This document shows, one piece after another, positions 9,973-19,670 of a stretch of 64,000 bases of DNA. Made by a program: the position numbers and the translations under genes. Numbering within the stretch: the first letter of the stretch is position 1; every line of letters starts with the position of its first letter. The stretch comes from Chloroflexota bacterium (GTDB lineage: Bacteria > Chloroflexota > Dehalococcoidia > Dehalococcoidales > UBA2162): assembly GCA_016190825.1 (NCBI GenBank), contig JACPPV010000014.1, positions 32,294-96,293 of the forward strand, written 5' to 3'. The notes under the pieces are model-generated. The model saw only the letters and a list, made by a program, of their open reading frames with translations. It was not told the origin of the DNA and searched no databases.

Positions 9973-10178
9973 ATGGAGTCGGAAAGAACATAGTTAGAAC
10001 ATCCTGAGACAGCAGGGGTCCCGGTGAAGCGGGACTTAATAAGTGTGCCTGCCGAGGATAGGAAACCGGATAAGCCGTCGCAGTTTGCGAGCGGGCAAAT
10101 GAGGTTAACCTGGAGTCCTTGTGCATGGTGCACAGGGACTTTTCTTTTTGAAATTGGTCATGGCTAAGGAGTCGGAAG
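9973..10178 (+). promoter_or_regulatory. rplJ (L10) leader region
   Basis: A ~200-nt untranslated leader between the promoter and rplJ, ending in a terminator-like hairpin. Its position matches known L10-leader autoregulatory RNAs. I did not verify the fold. Confidence 0.4.
10114..10149 (+). terminator. attenuator/terminator hairpin in the rplJ leader
   Basis: AGTCCTTGTGCA-tgg-TGCACAGGGACT followed by TTTCTTTTT, about 30 nt before the rplJ ATG. Confidence 0.55.
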
Positions 10179-10703
10179 ATGCCTACGGAGAAAAAGGAAA
10201 GAATTGTTGATGATGTGACACAGTCTTTTGAAAAGAGCAAGGTTATTATTTTGGCCCATTACCAGGGAATGACCACGGCGGAGATGACCGGGCTGCGGCG
10301 CAAGCTTCAGGCGGTGCAGAGCGAACTCCAGGTTACCAAGAACACGCTCTTTCGTCTGGCAGCAGAAAGGCTTGGCAAGAGGGACATGGTAGAATCTGCC
10401 TCCGGGCCAACGGCAGTTGTTTTCGGCTACGGGGATGTTGTTGCGCCGGCCAGGGTGCTGGCTGGCTATGTTGGGGAGGGAAAAGGTAGCCTGACGCTCA
10501 GAGGCGGCATTTTGGGAGCCAGGGTACTCACTCCGGCGGATGTGGCGACACTGGCAACGTTGCCTTCAAGGGAAGTGCTGCTGGCAAAGGTGTTCGGCCA
10601 GATGAAGAGCCCCGTGGCCGGCTTACTGGGTTGTCTTACCGCCCCGATGAGAGGAATGGTCGGGGTGTTACAGGCTAGAATTAATCAACTGGAGGAAAAG
10701 TAA
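10179..10703 (+). CDS. rplJ: 50S ribosomal protein L10
   Basis: 174 aa. L10-like sequence in the canonical position, with AAGGAG upstream. Confidence 0.92.
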   Translation: MPTEKKERIVDDVTQSFEKSKVIILAHYQGMTTAEMTGLRRKLQAVQSELQVTKNTLFRLAAERLGKRDMVESASGPTAVVFGYGDVVAPARVLAGYVGEGKGSLTLRGGILGARVLTPADVATLATLPSREVLLAKVFGQMKSPVAGLLGCLTAPMRGMVGVLQARINQLEEK

Positions 10704-10704
10704 T

Positions 10705-11091
10705 ATGGCGGACAAAATGGACAAAGGTGCGATTCTTGAAGCGATCAAAGGTATGACGGTACTGGAGCTTGCTGAACTGGTCAAGGCTCTCGAAACCGAG
10801 TTTGGCGTGACGGCAGCGGCCCCGGTTGCGGTGGCGGCTGCGGGCGCTGCTCCGGCTGCTGCTGCGGCGGAAGAGGAAAAAACGGAGTTCAATGTTATCC
10901 TGAAAGATGTTGGCGCCAACAAGATCAGCGTCATCCGCGCCGTCAGGGAATTGACCTCGTTGGGGCTGAAGGAGTCCAAGGACCTTGTTGAAAGCGCTCC
11001 CAAGCCAGTTAAGGAAGGGGTCAATAAGGATGAGGCGGCTGCAGCCAAGAAAAAGCTGGAAGAGGCCGGGGCAACGGCGGACATTGTGTAA
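10705..11091 (+). CDS. rplL: 50S ribosomal protein L7/L12
   Basis: 128 aa with an Ala-rich hinge and a C-terminal domain ([24 protein letters not shown]). Confidence 0.95.
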   Translation: MADKMDKGAILEAIKGMTVLELAELVKALETEFGVTAAAPVAVAAAGAAPAAAAAEEEKTEFNVILKDVGANKISVIRAVRELTSLGLKESKDLVESAPKPVKEGVNKDEAAAAKKKLEEAGATADIV

Positions 11092-11156
11092 AGGCCATTT
11101 ATTCGAGGGCTGTCACTTCGAGGATACCCAGCCAACCTGGCGGTCCGTAGTGCCGT

Positions 11157-11255
11157 GTCATTCCCGCGCAGGCGGGAATTTACTCCTGCCCTGTCTGGAT
11201 GCCGGCTCCCGTATCTCAGCTTGTTCCGCACTGGATACGGGATCGGGGAAATGAC
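11157..11255. repeat. family-A palindromic intergenic repeat (GTCATTCCCGCG...GGGAAATGAC)
   Basis: It contains a tight hairpin TTCCCGC-gcag-GCGGGAA, an inner inverted pair CCCGTATC/GATACGGG, and outer GTCATT/AATGAC ends. Related copies lie at 19460, 53156 and 53936. Confidence 0.7.
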
Positions 11256-11388
11256 AGTCTTGGACTGGACTTACCACCTCCTTGCGGAGAAGGCCTCGCA
11301 TGATAACGACAGGGTGTCTAGTCCAGTTGACAAGTGACGCGGGGACACCTATAGTAAACCTCAGAGCTTCTTAGATTTGGAGGCGGCA

Positions 11389-11649
11389 ATGCCTCAGGCC
11401 GATTGGCTAATAATGTTGGGGTTAGGGGTGCTGTTTCTTTCCCTCGGGATTGGAGCCTATTTCTGGGGACGGATCGAGGAAAGCGCCTATTATGATTCCA
11501 TGCCGACAAGGCGGGCTGATGTTCGCGAATATCTGGAACGCTGGCCGTTCCGTCCGGAGCCAGGGGCGCTCAAGATCGGCGGCTGGATCTTGATGGCCAT
11601 CGGGCTAATATTGCTGCTGACTGGTGGTGCTATATGGCTGTGGGGCTAA
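11389..11649 (+). CDS. hypothetical small membrane protein (2 TM)
   Basis: 86 aa from ATG 11389, with GGAGG 7 nt upstream. Two hydrophobic segments. It ends 10 nt before tldD. Confidence 0.55.
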   Translation: MPQADWLIMLGLGVLFLSLGIGAYFWGRIEESAYYDSMPTRRADVREYLERWPFRPEPGALKIGGWILMAIGLILLLTGGAIWLWG

Positions 11650-11658
11650 GGACTGCTT

Positions 11659-13035
11659 ATGAGAGATATCGCTGAGATCGGGAGGTCGCTTGCGGAGGCT
11701 CTCAAACGGTATCCGGCTGACCATATTGAAGCCCACCTTGAGGAGAGTCAGGCTACCCGTATCAGTTACCGGGGCCGGGAACTGGAGTCTGTTGACCAGA
11801 CGGTAGCCGTCGGGGGCAATATCCGCGCCATGGTGAAAGGGGGGTGGGGCTTTGCCAGCTTCAACGCCTTCGATGACCTGCCCGCACGGGTGGAAGCGGC
11901 GGTGAAGCAAGCGGCGCTTGTGGGCCGGGAGAAAACGCAGTTGGCTCAGATTGAGCCAGTTGTGGAAGTCATCCCGCTGGAAGCTGGACGTAATCCGGCA
12001 GAGGTCCCCCTGGCTGACAAAAAGCAGCAGCTCGATGAATACCTGGATATCATCTGGCGTACTCCACAGATACGCACCTCGACCATCGGCTACGGTGACG
12101 GCTACCGCAGATACATCTACCTGAACTCAGCGGGAAGCTTCATTGAGCAGACAAGGGCGGATATTACCCTGCGCCTGACCGCGGTGGCGACTGCCGATGG
12201 TGAAGTTCAGCAGGCGGGGTTCAGCGTCGGCAGCCGCGGCGATTTCAGCGCAGTCCGAGGCCTTCAACAGCAGGTGATGGAAACGGCTGGGCGGGCAGTG
12301 GCGTTGCTATCGGCGCCCCATGTGAAAGGTGGAGAATATACCGTCGTCCTTGACCCCATTCTGGCCGGGGTCTTCGTGCACGAAGCGTTCGGCCACCTGT
12401 CCGAGTCAGATTTTGTTTATGAAAACGAGCAGATGCGCCAACTCATGACCCTCGGCAAAGAGTTTGGTTCTCCAGAACTTAATGTCGTTGACTCCGCGCT
12501 GGTGCCGGGGTTGCGGGGTAGCTTCAAGTACGATGATGAGGGCGTTCCTGCCAGCAAGACCTACCTTATTCGGGAGGGCAAATTGGTCGGCAGGCTCCAT
12601 TCGCGGGAGACGGCGGGCAAAATGAATGAGCTTCCGACGGGCAACGCCCGGGCCATAAACTTTCAGCACCCGCCGATTGTACGGATGACCAACACCTACA
12701 TTGAGCCCCGAGGGGCAACCTTTGAGGACATTATCGGCGATATCAAAGAAGGGGTGTACGCTCGCAACTGGTACGGCGGTACCACCAGCATGGAGATGTT
12801 CACCTTCTCCGCCGGCGAGACCTACATGATTCGCAACGGCAAGCTGGCGGAAATGGTCCGCCCGGTAGTCCTGACCGGGAATGTCTTCACCACCCTTAAG
12901 AATATCGATGCCATTGGCAGCGACCTGGACATGAACCAGGGTGGCGGCTGCGGCAAAGCAGGGCAGTCTCCCCTGCCGGTGAGCAACGGCAGCCCCCACA
13001 TTCGCGTTAGCCGTTGCCTGGTTGGGGGGCGTTAG
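11659..13035 (+). CDS. tldD: TldD-family metalloprotease
   Basis: 458 aa with the HEAFGHLSE zinc motif and a C-terminal GGGCGK..G TldD/PmbA signature. Confidence 0.9.
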   Translation: MRDIAEIGRSLAEALKRYPADHIEAHLEESQATRISYRGRELESVDQTVAVGGNIRAMVKGGWGFASFNAFDDLPARVEAAVKQAALVGREKTQLAQIEPVVEVIPLEAGRNPAEVPLADKKQQLDEYLDIIWRTPQIRTSTIGYGDGYRRYIYLNSAGSFIEQTRADITLRLTAVATADGEVQQAGFSVGSRGDFSAVRGLQQQVMETAGRAVALLSAPHVKGGEYTVVLDPILAGVFVHEAFGHLSESDFVYENEQMRQLMTLGKEFGSPELNVVDSALVPGLRGSFKYDDEGVPASKTYLIREGKLVGRLHSRETAGKMNELPTGNARAINFQHPPIVRMTNTYIEPRGATFEDIIGDIKEGVYARNWYGGTTSMEMFTFSAGETYMIRNGKLAEMVRPVVLTGNVFTTLKNIDAIGSDLDMNQGGGCGKAGQSPLPVSNGSPHIRVSRCLVGGR

Positions 13036-14340
13036 GTGGAGGAGATACTGGCAAAAGCCCGCAGAGTGGCTGAAGAAGCCGATGTCTTTCTGGTCTCCGC
13101 CGAGGAGACCCCGGTACAGTTCGAAGCCAACCGCATCAAGAACATCCAGAGCAAGCAGAGCACGATGGTTGCCCTGCGCGTGGTCCGCGGCGGGAAGGTC
13201 GGCTATGCTTCGTCAACCAGCCTGGGTGATAGCCTGCGCATCGTTGATATGGCGGTGCAGGTGGCGCAGTTCGGCGCGGAGGCGCGGTTTGAATTACCGA
13301 CGATGCAAACCTATCCACGGGTTGATATTTACGATGCCGAAGTAGAAAACACGTCTCTTAATACAATGGTGGGGTTGGGCGAAGAACTGATCGGCAAACT
13401 TCTGAAGCATACCCCTGGCCTCATCTGCGATGGCAGGGTAACCAGAGGCAGCTACCTGGTGCGGATTTTGAATTCCCGCGGCGGGGAGGCAAACTATCGG
13501 GAAACAGTCTTTTCACTGGGAATCGGGGGGACTTTAATCCGCGATACCGATATGCTTTTTGTCGGCGATAACGAGAGCTCTTGCCATCCGGTACTATCCT
13601 CCGACAAGATTGCCAGCAAGGTGCTCGAACAACTGGAACTGGCAAAGAACAAGGCGCAGGTCCAGACAAAGATGATGCCAGTGGTGTTCACTCCAGATGG
13701 TGTTGCCAGCGCCTTTACCGCGTCGCTGATGACGGCTTTCAACGGCAAGATGGTCATTGAGGGGGCATCGCCAATCGGCGATAAGCTCGGTCAGAAGGCG
13801 TTTGACGAAAAGCTGTCTCTACATGACGATCCGACCATTGCCTACCGCCCATCCAGCCGACCTTGTGACGATGAAGGCGTTGCCAGTCAGGTTACGCCGT
13901 TAATCGAGGGTGGCGTAGTGAAAAGTTTTCTGTATGACCTTCAAACCGCTGCCCTGGGCCGTACCCGGAGCACCGGGAGCGCGAGTCGCAGCCGGGGGGG
14001 TGTGCCGGTGCCATCGCCCAGCGCATTTGTCATCACTCCCGGCGATGTCACTTTCGAGCAGATGGTCAGCGATATCAGGGAGGGTCTCGTCATTGAAGAG
14101 CTGATGGGCGCTGAGCAGGGCAACACCCTGGGCGGGGATTTCGGCGGCAATGTCCTTTTGGGTTACAAGATAGAAAATGGTAAAATAATTGGTAGAGTAA
14201 AAGATACCATGGTGGCAGGGAATGTTTACCAGTTGCTCAGGGACATCGCAGCTATTGGCAGTGAGACAAAATGGGTCGGCAGGGGACTAAATGTGCCAGC
14301 CCTCTATTTTTCACGGGTATCCGTTACGGCGAAAGGCTAA
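13036..14340 (+). CDS. pmbA: PmbA/TldE-family protein, partner of TldD
   Basis: 434 aa. It is paralogous to the upstream gene but lacks HExxxH, and its GTG start abuts the tldD stop. Confidence 0.85.
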   Translation: MEEILAKARRVAEEADVFLVSAEETPVQFEANRIKNIQSKQSTMVALRVVRGGKVGYASSTSLGDSLRIVDMAVQVAQFGAEARFELPTMQTYPRVDIYDAEVENTSLNTMVGLGEELIGKLLKHTPGLICDGRVTRGSYLVRILNSRGGEANYRETVFSLGIGGTLIRDTDMLFVGDNESSCHPVLSSDKIASKVLEQLELAKNKAQVQTKMMPVVFTPDGVASAFTASLMTAFNGKMVIEGASPIGDKLGQKAFDEKLSLHDDPTIAYRPSSRPCDDEGVASQVTPLIEGGVVKSFLYDLQTAALGRTRSTGSASRSRGGVPVPSPSAFVITPGDVTFEQMVSDIREGLVIEELMGAEQGNTLGGDFGGNVLLGYKIENGKIIGRVKDTMVAGNVYQLLRDIAAIGSETKWVGRGLNVPALYFSRVSVTAKG

Positions 14341-14421
14341 GCCTGTTCGCTATCCCTCCGCGTCTTCAGTGGGTACAGTGCTTTGTCCCGGCATTTCGGG
14401 ACGAGTAGAAAGTGGAAACGT

Positions 14422-15219
14422 ATGAATGGTCCGATCAGATTTCATGCGCATCCCAGGTTAAAGAAGCCGAGTATGGTGGCAGTTTGGCCAGGCGTGGCGA
14501 ATGTTGCCATGATAGTGGCTGCCTACCTGAAAAGCAAGCTTGCATTCAAAGAGCTGGGGGAAATCGAAGCATCCCATTTTTTCGATCCGGTTGGCATTGC
14601 GGTGAGAAACAATCTTGTTGAATCGCCGCAGTTTCCCCAGAGTAAGTTCTACTACCTGGAGAATGAAGGCGATGGGGGCGATTTGATACTGTTTATCGGG
14701 GATGACCAGCCGGTCTTGCGAAGTTACGAACTGGCGCAGTGCGTTATGGATGCCGGCCAGGACCTTCATGTGAAAAGGATTTACACCTGTGCGGCGGCGC
14801 TGAGCCGTATCCATCATACGGAGCAGCCCCGGGTATGGGGTGTGGCTACCGCCCAACCTCTCCTCGCCGAGTTGCAGGGGTACGGGCTGGCGGAACGGGG
14901 CAGTTTCCAGATAGCCGGGCTGAACGGGCTAGCGCTGGGTGTCGCCGCGGAAAGGGGCATTGAGGGGGTTTGTCTCCTGGCAGAGGTGCCGAAGTATGCC
15001 AGCCGTGTGCCTAATCCAACCGCGGCACTGGCGATAGTGGAAGTCCTCTCGAGAATCCTTGGCATCAAGGTCGATACCCTCGAACTTTCCCAGCAGGCGG
15101 AGGTCGCAAGAGAGAGGATGAAGGAGATGGCATCCCAGGCGATGGGGGAGTACATAGACCTTTTTACCGAGCCGATATGGGAACAGGGGGAAGAGGAAGA
15201 CGAGGAGGAGGAAGAGTAG
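14422..15219 (+). CDS. PAC2 (proteasome assembly chaperone 2-like) family protein
   Basis: About 265 aa. The N-terminus (PSMVAVWPGVANVAMIVAAYL) and overall pattern resemble PAC2-family proteins. Poly-acidic tail EEEDEEEEE. The family call is from memory only. Confidence 0.6.
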   Translation: MNGPIRFHAHPRLKKPSMVAVWPGVANVAMIVAAYLKSKLAFKELGEIEASHFFDPVGIAVRNNLVESPQFPQSKFYYLENEGDGGDLILFIGDDQPVLRSYELAQCVMDAGQDLHVKRIYTCAAALSRIHHTEQPRVWGVATAQPLLAELQGYGLAERGSFQIAGLNGLALGVAAERGIEGVCLLAEVPKYASRVPNPTAALAIVEVLSRILGIKVDTLELSQQAEVARERMKEMASQAMGEYIDLFTEPIWEQGEEEDEEEEE

Positions 15220-16181
15220 CATCGGTGTCTCCGGCTATTGAAGAAATACTGGCTGAGCTTGGCGATAACGCCAGGCCATTATTAAAGTCCAGGCTTGCCG
15301 GGCTGAATGACCTTTCCGCCGCGAACCTGGAGACATTTAAGCGTTCTTGGGGAACGATTGACTTTAAGCGGCGGCGCGAGATAGTCTCCCGTCTGCTGGA
15401 ACTTGCCGCCGATAACGTCGAAATGAACTTCGATGGCATTTTCAAGCTCTGCCTGAAGGATGAAGACCCGGTGGTGATCGAAAAAGCCATCGAAGGCCTG
15501 TGGGAAAATGAGGAGACGTCCCTTATCAACCTGCTGCTCACTTTGCTGGACGGGCGCTATCCGGCAAAAGTGCAGGCTGCAGCGGCGTTGGCGCTGGGTA
15601 AATTTGCCATGCTGGCGGAGCATGGGAAGATTAATGCATCGTATTCCTCAAAACTGGTGGAAGGCTTGCTCGGCGTGTTCAACGACAGGAGCAGGGAGAT
15701 AGAAGTCCGCCGGCGGGTGCTGGAGGCGCTGGCTCCCATCAGCGTCCCGCCGGTCAGGGATGCCATTAAAGAAGCCTACCGGAGCGGCGTTCTCCGGCTC
15801 GTGGTGAGCGCGATATATGCAATGGGCAATAGCTGCGATGCCGTCTGGATGCCGGCGCTACTGGCTGAGCTGGCAAACGACGATGCCGAGCGGCGCTATG
15901 AAGCCGCCGTAGCGTGCGGGGAACTGGAAGAAAAGGCGGCTGTGCCTAAACTCTCCGTCCTGACGGACGACCCTGACATTGATGTAAGCCTGGCGGCAGT
16001 GCAGGCGCTTGGTAGAATTGGTGGCAGCGAGGCGAAAAGGAGCCTGGAGTTATGCCTGCGAAGCTCAAGGGCCGCAGTTCAGCAGGCGGCGTGTGAGGCG
16101 CTGGGTGAGCTGGTTGTGGGGGAAGACCCGCTGTCTATCCCTCACGAAATCATTGAACAGGGCTATGATTACCGGCAGTAA
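15177..16181 (+). CDS. HEAT/PBS-lyase-type repeat protein
   Basis: 334-aa ORF with repeated ...VR..A..ALG.. units (AAAALALGKF, AVQALGRIGGSEAKRSL, AACEALGEL). The real start is probably just after 15219. Confidence 0.65.
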   Translation: MGTGGRGRRGGGRVASVSPAIEEILAELGDNARPLLKSRLAGLNDLSAANLETFKRSWGTIDFKRRREIVSRLLELAADNVEMNFDGIFKLCLKDEDPVVIEKAIEGLWENEETSLINLLLTLLDGRYPAKVQAAAALALGKFAMLAEHGKINASYSSKLVEGLLGVFNDRSREIEVRRRVLEALAPISVPPVRDAIKEAYRSGVLRLVVSAIYAMGNSCDAVWMPALLAELANDDAERRYEAAVACGELEEKAAVPKLSVLTDDPDIDVSLAAVQALGRIGGSEAKRSLELCLRSSRAAVQQAACEALGELVVGEDPLSIPHEIIEQGYDYRQ

Positions 16182-16701
16182 AGTCAGGCTTCGGGATAAA
16201 AGGCTATCGGACGCCTGGAATGACTATAACTGGGAGTCAGACCCGGAGCTGGCGTACCTGGATGCTTGTGAGCCGCTGGCGATCTCTTTCGAGAAATATC
16301 TGGCTGACTATTCCGACGAATTATGCCATTCTTTCCCGGGCAGCCGCCGCCTGGCAATCGAAACACTGGACGGTGAGCACATCGGCAACTGCTCAGTCTA
16401 TCACATCGACGAGAAGAGTGGCGAGTGCGAGATTGGAATCATGATCGGCGACCGCGCCTACTGGGACAAAGGCTACGGCACCGATGCCATGAGCACGCTG
16501 GTAGATTATGTTTTCAGCGAAACGAAGCTCAAGCGCATCTACCTAAAGACGCTCGAATCAAACAAGCGGGCGCAGAACTGCTTCCAGAAGTGTGGTTTCT
16601 GCTGGTGTGGCCGCCTGCGTAATAGCGAGTTCAATTTTGCCCTGATGGAGATTTTTCGTAAGAACTGGGAGAAGGATCAGGCGCAGGACAGCCGTCCGTG
16701 A
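16165..16701 (+). CDS. GNAT-family N-acetyltransferase (RimJ/RimL-like)
   Basis: Start at ATG 16165 (MITGSKVRLRD). GNAT core (IGIMIGDRAYWDKGYGTDAM, NKRAQNCFQKCGF). It overlaps the HEAT gene stop by 17 nt. Confidence 0.8.
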   Translation: MITGSKVRLRDKRLSDAWNDYNWESDPELAYLDACEPLAISFEKYLADYSDELCHSFPGSRRLAIETLDGEHIGNCSVYHIDEKSGECEIGIMIGDRAYWDKGYGTDAMSTLVDYVFSETKLKRIYLKTLESNKRAQNCFQKCGFCWCGRLRNSEFNFALMEIFRKNWEKDQAQDSRP

Positions 16702-16730
16702 GATTGTTAGTCTTGCAGGTTGCGCACCAG

Positions 16731-17057
16731 TCAGCTCTCGACGTTCCGGTAAAACTCTTCCGGAAGTTTCGGTGGATGCTCCATTCCCTTGAAAATCGCC
16801 AGCTCCTTGGGTTCTTTCGCTTTCTCGTAGAGTGCTTCAGCCTCCCCCAGACTGACCAGGCTGTCCCTGTCTCCGCGGACTATAAGTATCGGGGTTGGAT
16901 AGATGCGGTCCGTTACCGTAACCGGTCTGGCGAACCGGGTAACGGGGCCCATCCGGACCCGCAGCCTGAGTAGCGCCCTCCCCAGCTTCGTGCCGCCCAT
17001 CCAGGATAGCCACCTGGCATTCGAGATGACTGAGGCGGCATCGGCAGGGGTGCTCAC
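16731..17057 (-). pseudogene. C-terminal remnant of an alpha/beta-fold hydrolase
   Basis: The 108-aa ORF matches only the C-terminal third of alpha/beta hydrolases (PILIVRGDRDSLV...KELAIFKGMEH). There is no nucleophile-elbow region, and only ~150 nt remain before purF. Confidence 0.5.
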
Positions 17058-17205
17058 CGTAACCAGTCAAATTCGAAATTCGAATATGGAAATGCGAAAC
17101 AAAATGGAATAACCGAAAAACCAAGTTTTGGTTACTCGGACAAGTCGCACCTGTTCGGGATTTTGGATTTCGTGCTTCAGGCTTGGCGAGGTCACGAGAT
17201 GGGGG

Positions 17206-18621
17206 CTATCTGTGTCTGACGCCGAAATGCAGCTCTGCGGGCATGACCTCGAGACCAAGTTTGTCCATTTCCATCTGGATTGGCACCGGATAGTCCCCGG
17301 TGAAGCAAGCCAGGCAGAAGGTCTGTTTCGGTAGGGCCACTGCCTTGATCAGACCCTCAATGCTCAGATAGCCCAGCGAGTCAGCACCGATGAAGTCCCG
17401 TATTTCCGGGATGCTTTTTTGTGCCGCAATGAGCTCCCAGCGCGTGGCCATATCAACGCCGAAGAAGCAGGGGTAGCAGATGGGCGGAGCGCAGACGCGC
17501 ATATGCACCTTCCGCGCGCCGGCTTTCTTCAGCAGTCTGATAACCTGGGGAGTCGTCGTGCCGCGGACGATGCTGTCATCAACCAGAACAATGTCTTTGC
17601 CGCCGATTATCTGGGGCAACGGATTAAATTTCAGTTTGACCCCCAGGTCCCGGATTCGCTGGTCAGGCTCAATGAACGTGCGCCCGACGTAGCGGTTCTT
17701 GATTAAGCCCTCCGCCAGCGGTATTCCTGATTTCCGGGAGTAGCCGACTCCCGCAGCCGTCGCCGAATCGGGAACGCCGATGACCAGGTCAGCCTTTACC
17801 GGGTGCTCTTCTGCCAGCCCTTCTCCCATTGCCAGGCGGGCGGAATAAAGCAGCCGTCCATTGATCACGCTGTCCGGGCGGGCGAAATAGATATACTCGA
17901 AAATACATAACGCGCTCTTCGGCGAGTCCTGCTTGTAGCTTTCCACGCCGTTTTCGGAGATTTCAACGATTTCCCCCGGCTCGATTTCCCGAATAAAGAT
18001 GGCGCCGATGTGGTCCAGGGCGCAAGTTTCAGAAGCCAGGACCCACCCGCCGTTGATGGCGCCGAGGCATAAAGGTCGGACGCCAAACGGGTCGCGCACG
18101 CCAAAAAGACGGTCTTTGGTCAAAATCGTTAGGGAGTAAGCTCCTTTAATACGGCGCATGGCGTACTTGATCTTTTCAACCCAGTTATCTGCGGGAGCGC
18201 AAACGATGGCGTGGCCGATGGCTTCGGTATCCGTGGAGGTATGGAAAATACAACCCTGGTCGGAGAGCTCCTGGCAGAGGCTCTCGGCATTGACGATATT
18301 CCCGTTGTGGGCGATGGCGAAAGTGCTGGAACCTTTGGATATCAGAATTGGCTGAGCATTGGTGATGCGGCTGGAGCCTTTGGTGGAATAGCGGTTATGG
18401 CCGATTGCGATGTGCCCGTGCAGGGCGCTCAAAGCCTCCTCATCAAATACCTGGGAGACCAGACCCATCCGGGCATATACCTGCAGCTTTTTGCCATCAG
18501 CCGTGGCGATGCCGGAGCTTTCCTGCCCCCGGTGCTGAAGGGCGAAGAGAGAGAAAAAGGTAAGCCGGGCTACGTCTTCATCAGGTGCATAAATGCCAAC
18601 AACGCCGCAACTCTCGTGCAA
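17206..18621 (-). CDS. purF: amidophosphoribosyltransferase
   Basis: 471 aa with an N-terminal Ntn Cys after a short propeptide (MHES-CGVVGIYA), the PRT motif VLVDDSIVRGTT, and C-terminal Cys residues. TTG start with GGGAGAAAG upstream. Confidence 0.95.
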   Translation of the reverse strand: MHESCGVVGIYAPDEDVARLTFFSLFALQHRGQESSGIATADGKKLQVYARMGLVSQVFDEEALSALHGHIAIGHNRYSTKGSSRITNAQPILISKGSSTFAIAHNGNIVNAESLCQELSDQGCIFHTSTDTEAIGHAIVCAPADNWVEKIKYAMRRIKGAYSLTILTKDRLFGVRDPFGVRPLCLGAINGGWVLASETCALDHIGAIFIREIEPGEIVEISENGVESYKQDSPKSALCIFEYIYFARPDSVINGRLLYSARLAMGEGLAEEHPVKADLVIGVPDSATAAGVGYSRKSGIPLAEGLIKNRYVGRTFIEPDQRIRDLGVKLKFNPLPQIIGGKDIVLVDDSIVRGTTTPQVIRLLKKAGARKVHMRVCAPPICYPCFFGVDMATRWELIAAQKSIPEIRDFIGADSLGYLSIEGLIKAVALPKQTFCLACFTGDYPVPIQMEMDKLGLEVMPAELHFGVRHR

Positions 18622-18646
18622 CTTACGCTTTCTCCCGGACGTTCAT

Positions 18647-18675
18647 ATTATAGACTATCCGACTGTTTTGGTCAA
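18647..18675 (-). promoter_or_regulatory. putative sigma70-type promoter for purF
   Basis: Minus strand: TTGACC, 17-nt spacer, TATAAT. Confidence 0.5.
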
Positions 18676-18813
18676 TTCGGACTATTTCTGGCGCCAAGCG
18701 AAATGCTGAAAAATCCCTCTCAGTCTCCCTTTACGCAATGGAGAGGTCACCTTTCCCTTTGAAAAGGGGGGACGAAAGAAGGATTTGATGCGTGCAATTT
18801 TGAGTTTGAAGGC

Positions 18814-19284
18814 TCATTTCACCCTTGCCTGGAGAACGCAGGTCCCATCAATTGTCGGCTCCGGGCAGGACTCCAGTCCTAGCTGCCGGGACCAGGCACG
18901 GAAGGCTTCCCGACAGTAGCGGCACACGTGCCCCATCCGCAGGTCGAGGCTTCTGGCTACCGCCCATTGGTCTTTCCCCCAGCCGCCCAGACACCCGCCG
19001 GTGAAGACGAGTTCCGCTTCTCCAGCACTTAGTTTCGTGATAGCAAACTTCACCTGTGGATAGAGCACCTTGAAGGCTTCGGCCTCTTTGAGCAGATATT
19101 CGGCGGCGGTCGGGTCCGGCTTGCCCATCCACTTGAGCGCTCCGGTGTCCCACAGGTGCTTTGCCCAGTCCTCCGGCTCCAGACCCATTTTCCGGGCAAA
19201 GGAAACACCGGCAAGTTCAAACTTGAGGCGGGATATAGCGGTACGGCGCCATTTGAGGTTCTCTGAGTCCCATTTTAAAAGCAT
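18814..19284 (-). CDS. hypothetical protein (Cys-containing, ~156 aa)
   Basis: The ORF track extends to 19527, but the first 81 codons run through intergenic repeats. I start at ATG 19284 (MLLKWDSEN). I recognise no family. Confidence 0.5.
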   Translation of the reverse strand: MLLKWDSENLKWRRTAISRLKFELAGVSFARKMGLEPEDWAKHLWDTGALKWMGKPDPTAAEYLLKEAEAFKVLYPQVKFAITKLSAGEAELVFTGGCLGGWGKDQWAVARSLDLRMGHVCRYCREAFRAWSRQLGLESCPEPTIDGTCVLQARVK

Positions 19285-19376
19285 TACGTAATTTATCCTA
19301 GCATAGAGCGTGGCACAAAGACAAATCTTCCAGCCTTGAAGCCGTGAGTTCGAATTCAGGAAGCCCACCTCCAGAG

Positions 19377-19447
19377 TATCACTGCGAGGAGCACCTTCCC
19401 CTTCACCACGTTCAGGGTCAGCGTAAACTCCGCGATGTGGCAATCTC
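19377..19447. repeat. family-B repeat (GTCATTGCGAGG...GTGGCAATCTC type), interrupted copy
   Basis: TATCACTGCGAGGAGC ... CGCGATGTGGCAATCTC. Confidence 0.55.
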
Positions 19448-19459
19448 AATCCGAGACTA

Positions 19460-19483
19460 TCATTCCCGCAAAAGCGGAAATCC
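19460..19483. repeat. family-A hairpin repeat
   Basis: TCATTCCCGCaaaaGCGGAAATCC. Confidence 0.65.
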
Positions 19484-19670
19484 AGGCAGGACGGGAGTAG
19501 ATTCTCCGCCTGAGCGGAGAATGGCATTATCAGGTGGATTGCTACAGGCCACTGTGTTCGCAGTGACAGGTTGCGGCGGCCAGCCTGAAGCCGTGTGTTG
19601 TTTGCTTAGGCGAACAAAATCAAATATAATAGGCTCGGTGGCCACGCCGGGACAGATTCGGGAGGGTGAC

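Noticed and set aside
10668-11231. 187-aa Ala/Ser-rich minus-strand ORF
   Set aside because: It is antisense to rplL. Its low complexity mirrors the Ala-rich L7/L12 hinge.
19285-19527. N-terminal 81 codons of the 237-aa ORF 18814..19527
   Set aside because: This stretch is made of family-A and family-B intergenic repeats (it translates to the recurrent repeat-derived peptides). The gene was shortened to start at 19284.
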